Part shown: positions 29,274 through 37,983 of the stretch, in pieces | How positions within the stretch are numbered: the stretch's first letter is position 1 | How the letters are laid out: the number at the start of each line of letters is the position of its first letter | NCBI GenBank assembly: GCA_965261085.1 | Contig: OZ253442.1 | Location: 672,001 to 736,000 of the forward strand | Direction: 5' to 3' | Origin: a bacterium | Lineage (GTDB): Bacteria > UBA8248 | DNA: 64,000 bases | Program-made: the position numbers and the translations under genes | The notes under the pieces: model-generated | Seen by the model: the letters and a program-made list of their open reading frames with translations, nothing else | Told to the model about the DNA's origin: nothing | The model's database searches: none

Positions 29274-30280
29274 TTACTCCATCTTTTTCGCGCCGAAGCC
29301 TCCGATCACGTGCTGCTCGGGAGTAGTGGTGGTGGCGGCGCGACTACCGCTCATCACACCCCCGACTTCCTCCGCTGCCGGTCCATAGAAATGACCGCTC
29401 ATTTCGCCGCTGAACCCGCGAACGTTGTTCTCGGGCGCGCTGCTCGTATCGGTGTCCTCACCCATCCAGTACGCAGTGAAGCCATTTCCCGTAATATTGC
29501 CGCCCGAGATGGAAATCGCGTTCGTATCCGCCAACGGTGAATACCCGCTTTCTCCAGGGCGCCTAACCTCAAGCCTCTCGATTCGGCCGGAAACATCGCC
29601 GTTTCCGAAATTCGCCTCTAACGTCAGACTGGTGTCGCCACTACTTTGAAAACGTGTTCTACCGGAACTAGCATCTTGGTCATCTGCGCTCCATATATCG
29701 GCGCGCATGCGTCCTTTATAGGTGGCGCTGCCCATGGTAGGGAGATTCTCCGGGGCGGTCTGCGCGCCATGTACGCTATAGCCCCAATAGCTGCCCATCT
29801 CTATGTCGTCACCCTCATGGTGTATCCAGCCATTAACATCGAGGTACTGGAGAAAGTCTAATTGGTTGTAATTGCTTAATGGCTGAATCAAATTACCATC
29901 TTGCTTGCGAAAGCTAGACAAACCAGCTTGCAAGTCCTCCGGCACGAAATGAACGCTCCATTCCTTGTCATTGACAACATAGGTAATATGAAACCCGCCC
30001 GCGCCGTCGCGGGCAATGGATTTCAAATAAGCCGCGCCCGCTGCCGGCGCTCTCACCCCTGTATCCACGCCGGGTGGTCCCTTTCGACCGCATTCGGCAG
30101 AGGCGAAAACTCCTCGGTGCTCATGCTCACATCGACGACAGGCATCATGGGCGTCTCCATCCTGGCAGAACCGCCGCCGCCACCGCAGCCGGACAATACG
30201 AAGGTGAAGACAAGCACAAATATAAGAGTGAGAAACGAAGGAGACGTTATTCCAAAGGACTGCTTAAAGGGTTTGCTCAT
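29274..30280 (-). pseudogene. TbpB-like (transferrin-binding protein-like solute-binding) lipoprotein, frameshifted near 30070
   Basis: Lipobox LSGC plus poly-Gly in ORF 30053-30280; ORF 29274-30068 carries LPTMGSATYKG, LEANFGNG, ITGNGF, GHFYGPAAEEVGG, GGFGAKK (TbpB C-terminal barrel). Confidence 0.8.
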
Positions 30281-30299
30281 CTTGTTTCTCCTCGATTGT

Positions 30300-30498
30300 G
30301 AAAAACCAACTAGCGGTAAGATCGTTCAAGACGACCCGCTCCAGGGCGATCGATCCTCCACCCTTTGCGCTCATTTCGATGAGTCGTTATTCCCGTCTGC
30401 TGTGATCCTCAATCCTTGAAGCCGGTAATGTCTGTGCCCGCAATGAGGTCGATCGCGTCCTCCCCGTCGGTGTATTCGGTGATGGTGTCGTCATCACC
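30300..30498 (-). pseudogene. Degraded C-terminus of an RTX/hemolysin-type calcium-binding protein
   Basis: Across frames reads GDDDTITEYTDGEDAIDL..ITGFKD / IEMSAKGGGSIALERVVLNDLTASWFF, resembling the T1SS-substrate tail (DTITDF.DGED.IDL ... GGG.I.L ... DL.A.DF.F). Confidence 0.6.
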
Positions 30499-30821
30499 TA
30501 AAAGAAGCACAGCGCCTCAAGGGGCGTAAGACACAGCACGTGTCCTATTCGAACACCGGGCCGGGACTGGCGCCGGTAGCTGTTGGGCTCGTGTAAGTTT
30601 GCAGGATGAAAACCATCGCTGCTCCATTCCAATGTTTCAGAAAACGCTGGCGAAACTCGTAACTCTTGCAAGACTGAGAGTTATTCGTCTTTTGGCTTAA
30701 ATATTTTGATTCGAATGGTCCCGCATACTTCGCCCCGGCGTATCGGACGGAACCGTTTCGCTGCCACGTTTTCTGCCACTACATCTGTGTATGGACACGC
30801 AATGTCGTTGATAATGCTGAA

Positions 30822-30919
30822 AGTATACGTAGTCGCACCCCTCTTCGCGCCCCCAAAACTGGGGAGATCCAGCGAAATTTTTAGCTGTTGTCTAAGGTAT
30901 TTTCGGGAAAACGAACGAC
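30822..30919 (-). promoter_or_regulatory. Promoter copy A: -10 TATACT plus 18-bp imperfect palindrome
   Basis: TATACT (minus) at 30822-30827; GCCCCCAAAACTGGGGAG at 30849-30866; homologous to 32503-32599. Confidence 0.7.
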
Positions 30920-30949
30920 TTAGGCGCTGGCCTAGGGCTGCTTCTACCT

Positions 30950-32098
30950 TCAGTCTCGAAACCCTGGAGCGTTGGCCAGCGACAACACAAGCCGCACCAG
31001 CTCGGCCTGCCGCGTGAGGCCGTGCTTGGCGAACATGTGCTTCACGTGCGAGCGGATCGTGCTCTCCTTTCGGTCCATCGCCTCGGCGATCTCTCGGACG
31101 CTCATGCCTTCGGCCAACAGCACCGCAACCCGGCTTTCCATCCCCGTGAGGCCGAGGGCCGCCCCAGCCACGGCCGGATCGATGCGGGTCCGGCTCTCCG
31201 GGTCCACGACCAGCACGAGCGCCGCGACCGGCCAAACGCGGAAGTCCGTACTCTGCCTTTCCACCGGGTTGACGTGCAGCAGAAGCGGCAGGGCCGATTC
31301 ACGCCTCACTATCGTAGAGCCGCCAACGCCCTGAGCCCAGAACGGTGGCAGCGCTCGCTTCAGTAGTCCCTGGAGAACGGCGTTGTCCTCCGGCGTGCGG
31401 GCGAACAGGAAACCGTCCTCGTCGAACAGACCGTCTCCGGTCCGCTGCAATTCCCGGGCGCGGTCGTTCATTTCCACGATCCGCCCGCGCCGGTCGAGCT
31501 GGATGATGCCCGATCCGGTGGTGTCGAGCAGCTCCGTGAGGGACGCGCCCAGAGCACCCGCGCCGGCCAGCGTCTGCCGGACGCGCACGTATTGGCGGAT
31601 ATGGGGCAGAAGACGCCGGATCGAGTCGAGCTGGGCGGACGACCAGCAGTCACCGTCAACCGGATCGTGGACAACCCAGGCAATGCTTGAGCCGTTGGGT
31701 CCATCCAGGCGCACGTTGATGCTGTTCTGGGCGTGCAAACGGGTCAAATAATCGTTGTATACTACGGAGGTTTTCAACTCCTCCTCGGTGAAGAGGTCGG
31801 CCGTATGGACCAGTTTACTGTCGGGGAGATGCCCCAGGCGCGGGACCCGTTCGTCCAGGGGGTAGTAGACCTCGAAGTACTCGCGTTCCCATTCGCGGTG
31901 CCGTTGCCCGTGGTAGAAGAACCCCGCAAAGTAGATCTGGATGTCCTCCCCGGAGTGTACGTCGACGATCCCCAGGCTGTTGCCGTGCACGCGGAGGAAA
32001 TCGTCGATCAGTGCGGAGGCGGTCGACCAGCGGGTATCGTCCAGCGCCGCCTCGTGCAACGATGCCAGGATACGCTCGAACACCTCCCGTTCGCTCAT
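30950..32098 (-). CDS. LuxR-type HTH transcriptional regulator with GAF/PAS-like N-terminal region
   Basis: C-terminal LGLTGMESRVAVLLAEG...TIRSHVKHMFAKHGLTRQAELV; PAS-like GIIQLDRRGRIVEMN. Confidence 0.9.
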   Translation of the reverse strand: MSEREVFERILASLHEAALDDTRWSTASALIDDFLRVHGNSLGIVDVHSGEDIQIYFAGFFYHGQRHREWEREYFEVYYPLDERVPRLGHLPDSKLVHTADLFTEEELKTSVVYNDYLTRLHAQNSINVRLDGPNGSSIAWVVHDPVDGDCWSSAQLDSIRRLLPHIRQYVRVRQTLAGAGALGASLTELLDTTGSGIIQLDRRGRIVEMNDRARELQRTGDGLFDEDGFLFARTPEDNAVLQGLLKRALPPFWAQGVGGSTIVRRESALPLLLHVNPVERQSTDFRVWPVAALVLVVDPESRTRIDPAVAGAALGLTGMESRVAVLLAEGMSVREIAEAMDRKESTIRSHVKHMFAKHGLTRQAELVRLVLSLANAPGFRD

Positions 32099-32502
32099 GA
32101 CAGCGTCCTCGCTTGCGGATGCCCGGGCGAGAAGGGTCTTCCTATGTTGCCCATATGCCCCGCTGCAATCCTGGGCACCGGCATCGCCGGGGCCAGACCG
32201 AACCGTGTCACCCCCTGTCCGGCGACATCGACGGCGTTATGCGCGCGCTGCCGGGACGCGACGAGTGTTGCCCCGGAAGCGGGGACGCAACGCACCACCA
32301 GAGATTGAAGGCCCCGGAGTACAATGCCCTGGCGGAACTGCGGGTGGTCGGCAAGCAGGGTGACCCGTGAGAATCACTCAAGCAACATATCGAGAGCGAT
32401 ACGACATTCCACATCACCGGTATTCTACTCCGTTTCACCTTCCAGTGCGGAGATGTCTATCCATTTCTGTTCTGCGTGTTCAGGCCGAATAACAATAATT
32501 AA

Positions 32503-32599
32503 AGTATAGGAAATCGCGCGCTTCTTCGCCTCCCCAATATTGGGGAGATCCAGCGAAATTATTCGCAGTGTCTTAGGTATTTTCGGGAAAACGGACGAC
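32503..32599 (-). promoter_or_regulatory. Promoter copy B: -10 TATACT plus perfect 18-bp palindrome CTCCCCAATATTGGGGAG
   Basis: TATACT (minus) at 32503-32508; palindrome at 32530-32547; same spacing as copy A. Confidence 0.7.
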
Positions 32600-32954
32600 G
32601 TCGGCGCCGGCCCAGGGCATCGGGCTGGATCCGGGTCGGAACCACCCAGAGACGTGGGCGTTACGACAGGCGCAAACACAACAGAAAACCGAAAAAGGAC
32701 ATCTGGCTGCGGCCGCTGCTGAGAAATTAGAAGCAAATCCTCAATCGGAAAATTAATTAGCCTGTCACGGCTCGGAAGAACGCTTACCTTCGCGTGCGCG
32801 CCGAGATGCGCAGGAGTTTGAATTGGCCCGCTTGCGTTTTGATTACATATTGCGGAAAGCGGGTTCCAGATGAGATTCAAAATAATGAATATCGATAATA
32901 ATATCAATAAGGTAGAAGGGTTTCAGGACGAAGGAAACGATTTTCTGTCTCAAA

Positions 32955-33371
32955 AAGGAGCGATTGCGGAGGGGTGGAAATGAATGCCTCCCGGAGGGTC
33001 AGGCATATATATCCGCTGCCTGGGTGTCCGCTCTGTTCGATCCTTCCGTGGGTTTAAGCTGAAATATGGGGTCGGCAACCTCAAAAACGGGTGCTACAAT
33101 GAGGCGTTTTGATGGGAAAGGAGCGCATCTTGGAAAGAAACCTGTTCGACCAGGCGGAAGACGGCGAAAGCGGCGGCGAAGCGCAAGACGCACGAGTCGA
33201 TCCGGGCGCTCCTTTGGCCGAGCGCATGAGGCCGCAAACGCTCGATGAGGTGTTGGGCCAGGATCATTTAATCGGCCCGGGCCGCGTGCTTAGGTGCGCC
33301 GTGGAGGAAGACAGCTTGCGCCCGCTCATCTTCTGGGGGCCGCCCGGCACGGGCAAAACGACGCTCGCGCG
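32955..33371 (+). repeat. Direct repeat copy 2 (functional rarA promoter and 5' end)
   Basis: Partner of 28703-29122; extended -10 TGCTACAAT at 33092-33100 is retained in both copies. Confidence 0.95.
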
Positions 33372-34578
33372 CATCATCGCCAGGAGGACGAACGCGCATT
33401 TCATCACGCTGAGCGCGGTGCTCCACGGGGTGAAGGAATTAAGAGCCGCCGTGGTCGAGGCGAAGCGCATGGCGCGCAGGAAGGTGCGGACGATTCTGTT
33501 CATCGACGAGATCCACCGCTTCAACAAGGCCCAGCAGGACGGCCTCCTGCCGCACGTGGAAAACGGCACGCTCACCCTCATTGGTGCTACGACGGAAAAC
33601 CCCTCCTTCGAGGTCATCGCGCCCCTGCTCTCCCGCGCGCGCGTATTCGTGCTGGAAGGCTTGAAGGAAGAGCACGTCGTCGCGCTGCTCACCCGCGCCC
33701 TGGGAGATAAGGAGCGTGGCCTGGGCGCCATGGGTCTTCGTGCGGAGGATGATGCCTTACGCCGTGTCGCGAGTTTAAGCAGCGGGGATGCGCGCTCTGC
33801 GCTCAACATCCTGGAGGCCGCCTCAGGCTTGGCCGGTGTGAACGGCTGCATCGATTCGAAGTTGGTGGGAGAGGCCGCCCAGCGCAAGACGCTTCTCTAC
33901 GATAAGGCGGGCGAGGAGCATTACAACCTCATCTCGGCGCTTCACAAGACCATGCGGGCTTCTGATCCCGACGCCGCTCTCTACTGGCTCGCGCGAATGC
34001 TCGAGGGAGGCGAAGACCCCATGTACATATTAAGACGCATCGTGCGGTTCGCCTCCGAAGACGTCGGCATGGCGGACCCGAATGCGCTCGCCGTGGCGAC
34101 GGCGGCCCAGCAGGCGTTTCACTTCATCGGCCCCCCCGAGGGGAAGCTCGCCATCGCGCAGGCGGTGGTCTATCTCGCCCAGGCGCCCAAGAGCGATGCG
34201 GTCTACCGTGGCTTCGGGGCCGCCGAGCGCGCCGTGCGGGAGCAGGACGCCGCCCCCGTACCGCATCATTTGAGGAACGCGCCCACCGGCCTCATGCGCG
34301 ATTTGGGCTACGGCGCCGGCTACCAGCACGCGCACGAGTTCGACGAAGCGGTCGTGGAGATGGAGGGAATGCCGGAGGGCTTGGAGGGGACGCGGTTTTA
34401 TCATCCCACCTCCCGGGGATTCGAGGCGGATGTTCAGAAGAGACTGGCCACGCGAGAGGAGATACTGAACGATCGCCTGGGCGAGCGCCTGAACGTGCCC
34501 GATGAGAAATCCATGGACGACCGCCGTCCTTCCGATCCCGCCATGCCGGGAAGAAGGGCGAGAAGAAAGGATAAGTGA
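33130..34578 (+). CDS. rarA: Replication-associated recombination protein A (AAA+ ATPase)
   Basis: [51 protein letters not shown]; TTG start after an AAGGAG RBS. Confidence 0.96.
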   Translation: MERNLFDQAEDGESGGEAQDARVDPGAPLAERMRPQTLDEVLGQDHLIGPGRVLRCAVEEDSLRPLIFWGPPGTGKTTLARIIARRTNAHFITLSAVLHGVKELRAAVVEAKRMARRKVRTILFIDEIHRFNKAQQDGLLPHVENGTLTLIGATTENPSFEVIAPLLSRARVFVLEGLKEEHVVALLTRALGDKERGLGAMGLRAEDDALRRVASLSSGDARSALNILEAASGLAGVNGCIDSKLVGEAAQRKTLLYDKAGEEHYNLISALHKTMRASDPDAALYWLARMLEGGEDPMYILRRIVRFASEDVGMADPNALAVATAAQQAFHFIGPPEGKLAIAQAVVYLAQAPKSDAVYRGFGAAERAVREQDAAPVPHHLRNAPTGLMRDLGYGAGYQHAHEFDEAVVEMEGMPEGLEGTRFYHPTSRGFEADVQKRLATREEILNDRLGERLNVPDEKSMDDRRPSDPAMPGRRARRKDK

Positions 34579-34669
34579 AAAAGAAATTCCGCGCATGACT
34601 CGCCGTACGAAAATCGCTTCACATTTCTCCGGTCTTAAGTGAACAATTCATCCTTGAAGCGCGCTTCGA

Positions 34670-34848
34670 AATCACTCCCCCCTTGAGGGGGAGTCGCAGA
34701 AGCCGAGTGGATTGTGCGAAGGCTGATGCGGTGGGGGGTCAGACCCGGCTGAGAAGGGAGAGCTTGCTACAATAAAAGCACCCCCCACCGACTCGTTTGC
34801 GGGCTTGCGCCCTTATCTCGTCGACTCCCCCTCAAGGGGGGAGTTATT
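34670..34848. repeat. MITE/REP-like palindromic element with 27-bp terminal inverted repeats
   Basis: AATCACTCCCCCCTTGAGGGGGAGTCG (34670-34696) vs CGACTCCCCCTCAAGGGGGGAGTTATT (34822-34848), one mismatch; inner IR CGGTGGGGGGT/ACCCCCCACCG. Confidence 0.85.
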
Positions 34849-35001
34849 TAGAGGAAATTCTGCCGATCAGTTTCAATTCTTCGCTACTAGATCTTCAATT
34901 TCGAAAAGCATTTCCATCCATGAAGTTTTCGTTTTGACATTTCCGCTAAGGCGGGAGATATTTCTGTTGCCGCTGTATTGAAATGCGAGAGGGAACGAGA
35001 A

Positions 35002-35502
35002 ATGACGGAATTCCAGATGGCGACGCTCGAATTGCAAAGGTGGAGCATTTATGTTGCCGCTGGAGTCGGCATCGCCCAGTGCGCCTTGATAGGATGCGGG
35101 CTTTTCATGATGCACAAGGCGTCAAAACATAGAGACAGGGTTCTGGACAATCAGACCAAAGCGCTGGACGCGTTGCTCGAACGCACCGCAGTCAGCACGA
35201 AATCGCTGGAAGCTACGCTTACACGCACCGAGGGTAGTTGGAAGGCGCTGATCGAACGTGTCGAGAGTGGCGTGAAAGCAACGGATGAGTTGATCGAGCG
35301 CACCGGGGCCAGTACGAAGGCGCTGATCGAACGTGTCGAGAGTAGCGCAAAAGCAACGGATGCATTGATCGAGCGCACCGGGGCCAGTACGAAGGCGTTG
35401 ATCGAACGCGTCGAGAATGGCGCGAAAGCAACGGACGCGTTGATCGAACGCACCGAGGATAGCGCGAAGGCGCTTCGGGTATTGCTGGAAAGAACCGGAT
35501 AG
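35002..35502 (+). CDS. Membrane-anchored coiled-coil protein with 25-aa tandem repeats
   Basis: One TM helix, then three 75-bp units (35242, 35317, 35392) encoding KALIERVES..KATD.LIERTGAST. Confidence 0.75.
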   Translation: MTEFQMATLELQRWSIYVAAGVGIAQCALIGCGLFMMHKASKHRDRVLDNQTKALDALLERTAVSTKSLEATLTRTEGSWKALIERVESGVKATDELIERTGASTKALIERVESSAKATDALIERTGASTKALIERVENGAKATDALIERTEDSAKALRVLLERTG

Positions 35503-35644
35503 GCGCAGGGGGTCGGGCATCCGAGGATCACCGAATTACACCGGCGTCGCCGAAACCATTTTCTAAGTCAAATTCCCACGTCAAGATAAATTTGGATGTT
35601 CGGCCGCAAGCGGTTTTCCTGGAAAGATCCGGCGGCGCGAAAGA

Positions 35645-36424
35645 TTAACCCGTCGCCACAACGGAGTTGTCGGAATCAAGCGCTTCATCCATCTCGTCGA
35701 TGATCGCTTTCGCCGCGGCGAACGGGTCGTCGCTTTTCGTGATGGGCCTGCCCACGACGAGATAGTCCGAACCCATGAGAATGGCTTCCGCCGGGGTCGT
35801 GAGTCGTTTGTGATCATCCGACCCGGACCATGCCGGCCTGATGCCCGGGCTTACGATATCGGCATTCGGGAATCTTTCGCGGCAGGCCTTGATGGCGTCG
35901 CCTGAAACGATCAACCCGTCACAACCCTCAACGAGCAGCTTTTCCCCTCGCTCGAGGATGTACTGCGTCGAATCCGTTCCTGCAATTCCTTCGCTGAGCA
36001 AATCATCATCACTCAGGCTCGAAAGCAGCGGCACCATCAGGAGTTTGGGGTGCTCCGCTTGCCCTCGGGTTTTCAGCGCGGTTTCGATCGTCCTGATCGT
36101 CATCACATACGGCATGGACTCGGTAAGCGTAACGAACTTGACGTTCAGGGCCATACACCCCTCGATGAACTTGGAGATCGTGTTGCCGATGTCTCCCGAG
36201 AGCTTCAGGTCGACGAACACCCCGCCCTGGCCGGAGCGGCGCTCCTGAAGTTCCTTGATGAATCCAAGCAGGTTTCCCGCCAGAAAGAGTTCAAGACCGA
36301 CCTTGAAAAAAGAGACGTTCTCCAGTTTTTCAACCAGTGTGAGCGCTTCCTCGTGCGTCGGCACGTCCAGCGCAACGATAAGGCGGTCCTTGCCGCTCAG
36401 GCTCGCCGCTGGTCTCTCCCCCAT
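35645..36424 (-). CDS. pyrF: Orotidine-5'-phosphate decarboxylase family protein (divergent)
   Basis: RLIVALD, FKVGLELF, VSPGIRP, DDHKRLTTP, DYLVVGRPI; active-site motif is atypical (DLKLSGDIGNT). Confidence 0.8.
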   Translation of the reverse strand: MGERPAASLSGKDRLIVALDVPTHEEALTLVEKLENVSFFKVGLELFLAGNLLGFIKELQERRSGQGGVFVDLKLSGDIGNTISKFIEGCMALNVKFVTLTESMPYVMTIRTIETALKTRGQAEHPKLLMVPLLSSLSDDDLLSEGIAGTDSTQYILERGEKLLVEGCDGLIVSGDAIKACRERFPNADIVSPGIRPAWSGSDDHKRLTTPAEAILMGSDYLVVGRPITKSDDPFAAAKAIIDEMDEALDSDNSVVATG

Positions 36425-36652
36425 CGACGCTCCTCCTGTTTGGTCGGGCAGGTGGTTTCGGTGATTTGTGGGCGAAAATGCAAAGACCTTATCTTATATT
36501 TCGTATGGGAAATCAAACGCGTATCCCCGACGCTTCGGAACGAGGCGAGGGCCATGAGCAGGGGTTGCCCCGAAAGCGGGATTACCTGAAAATCGAGAAA
36601 AGCAATTCCTGTAACGCCGCTTGGGCAACCTGGCGGACAATCATTTATTTAG

Positions 36653-37054
<402 letters not shown>

Positions 37055-37077
37055 CCCGTCTCCCGCGTTTTCCCCGA

Positions 37078-37950
37078 CTAGCGGAAGAGTTCGATTTCGG
37101 CTTCCGCCTCTCCGTGATAGACCGTCTTCGCCTTGAGGAGATCGTCTAATACCAAGCGCTTGTCGCGCGGGTTTCTCAAGAGATAAGCCGGATGGTACGT
37201 CGCGAGACAGGGGATTCCCTGGTAGCGTCCGAACTTCCCCCGAAGCCTGCCTATGGGCGTCTTCGTCTGGAGCAGCCACTGCGCGGCGAATTTCCCGAGC
37301 GCCAGGATGAGTCTGGGCCGGATGATGGCGAGTTGCTTGTGGAGATAAGGCTCGCAGCAGTCGATCTCGTCCGGTTCGGGGTTGCGGTTGCCCGGCGGGC
37401 GGCACTTGAGGATGTTGCAGATGTAGACCTTCTGGCGGGGAACCTCGATGACGTTTTCGATCATCTTGGTCAGCATCTGGCCCGCCCGGCCCACGAAGGG
37501 AATCCCTTCCGCGTCTTCGTTGGCCCCGGGCGCTTCGCCTACAATGACGAGGTTCGCCGCCGGGTTCCCCACCCCGAACACGAGGTTCGTCCGGCCCTGC
37601 CCCAGCTTGCAGCGCAAACAGCCGTCCACGGCGGCCTGGAGTTCGTCGAGCGACATCTCCGAATCCGGGTCGAAGGGCAAGGGCGGCGGCTCGGGCCCGG
37701 GGCTTCGGCGTTTCGCCATCGGGGCCAGGGTGGGTTCAGGTACAGGCGCAGCTTGAGGAATCAGGGCCTGTTGCTCGTGATTCTCATGAGGTTCAGGTTC
37801 CGGTGCTCGTGCAGGAGGAACTTCAGTGGCGTGCGTGACCTCGGAAGCGATATTATGGGGCGCCCCCAGGCTCACGTAACCGATGCCTGCAGCGCGTTGG
37901 TTTCTTAAGTGTCCCAGAATTTCTCTGGCCAGTTCTGCGCAGTGGTTCAT
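37078..37950 (-). CDS. Uracil-DNA glycosylase family 4
   Basis: CLRCKL, GEAPGANED, PFVGRAG, KCRPPGNR, TYHPAYLLR. Confidence 0.95.
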   Translation of the reverse strand: MNHCAELAREILGHLRNQRAAGIGYVSLGAPHNIASEVTHATEVPPARAPEPEPHENHEQQALIPQAAPVPEPTLAPMAKRRSPGPEPPPLPFDPDSEMSLDELQAAVDGCLRCKLGQGRTNLVFGVGNPAANLVIVGEAPGANEDAEGIPFVGRAGQMLTKMIENVIEVPRQKVYICNILKCRPPGNRNPEPDEIDCCEPYLHKQLAIIRPRLILALGKFAAQWLLQTKTPIGRLRGKFGRYQGIPCLATYHPAYLLRNPRDKRLVLDDLLKAKTVYHGEAEAEIELFR

Positions 37951-37983
37951 CGTCTCGACCGGCGGGCGCGTCGGAAATAGAAT

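Noticed and set aside
34860-34925. Possible transposase or other gene remnant (WMEMLFEIEDLVAKN, minus strand)
   Set aside because: Too short to assign to any family without a database search.
35242-35466. 75-bp repeats as CRISPR or a non-coding array
   Set aside because: They are in-frame coding repeats without spacers.
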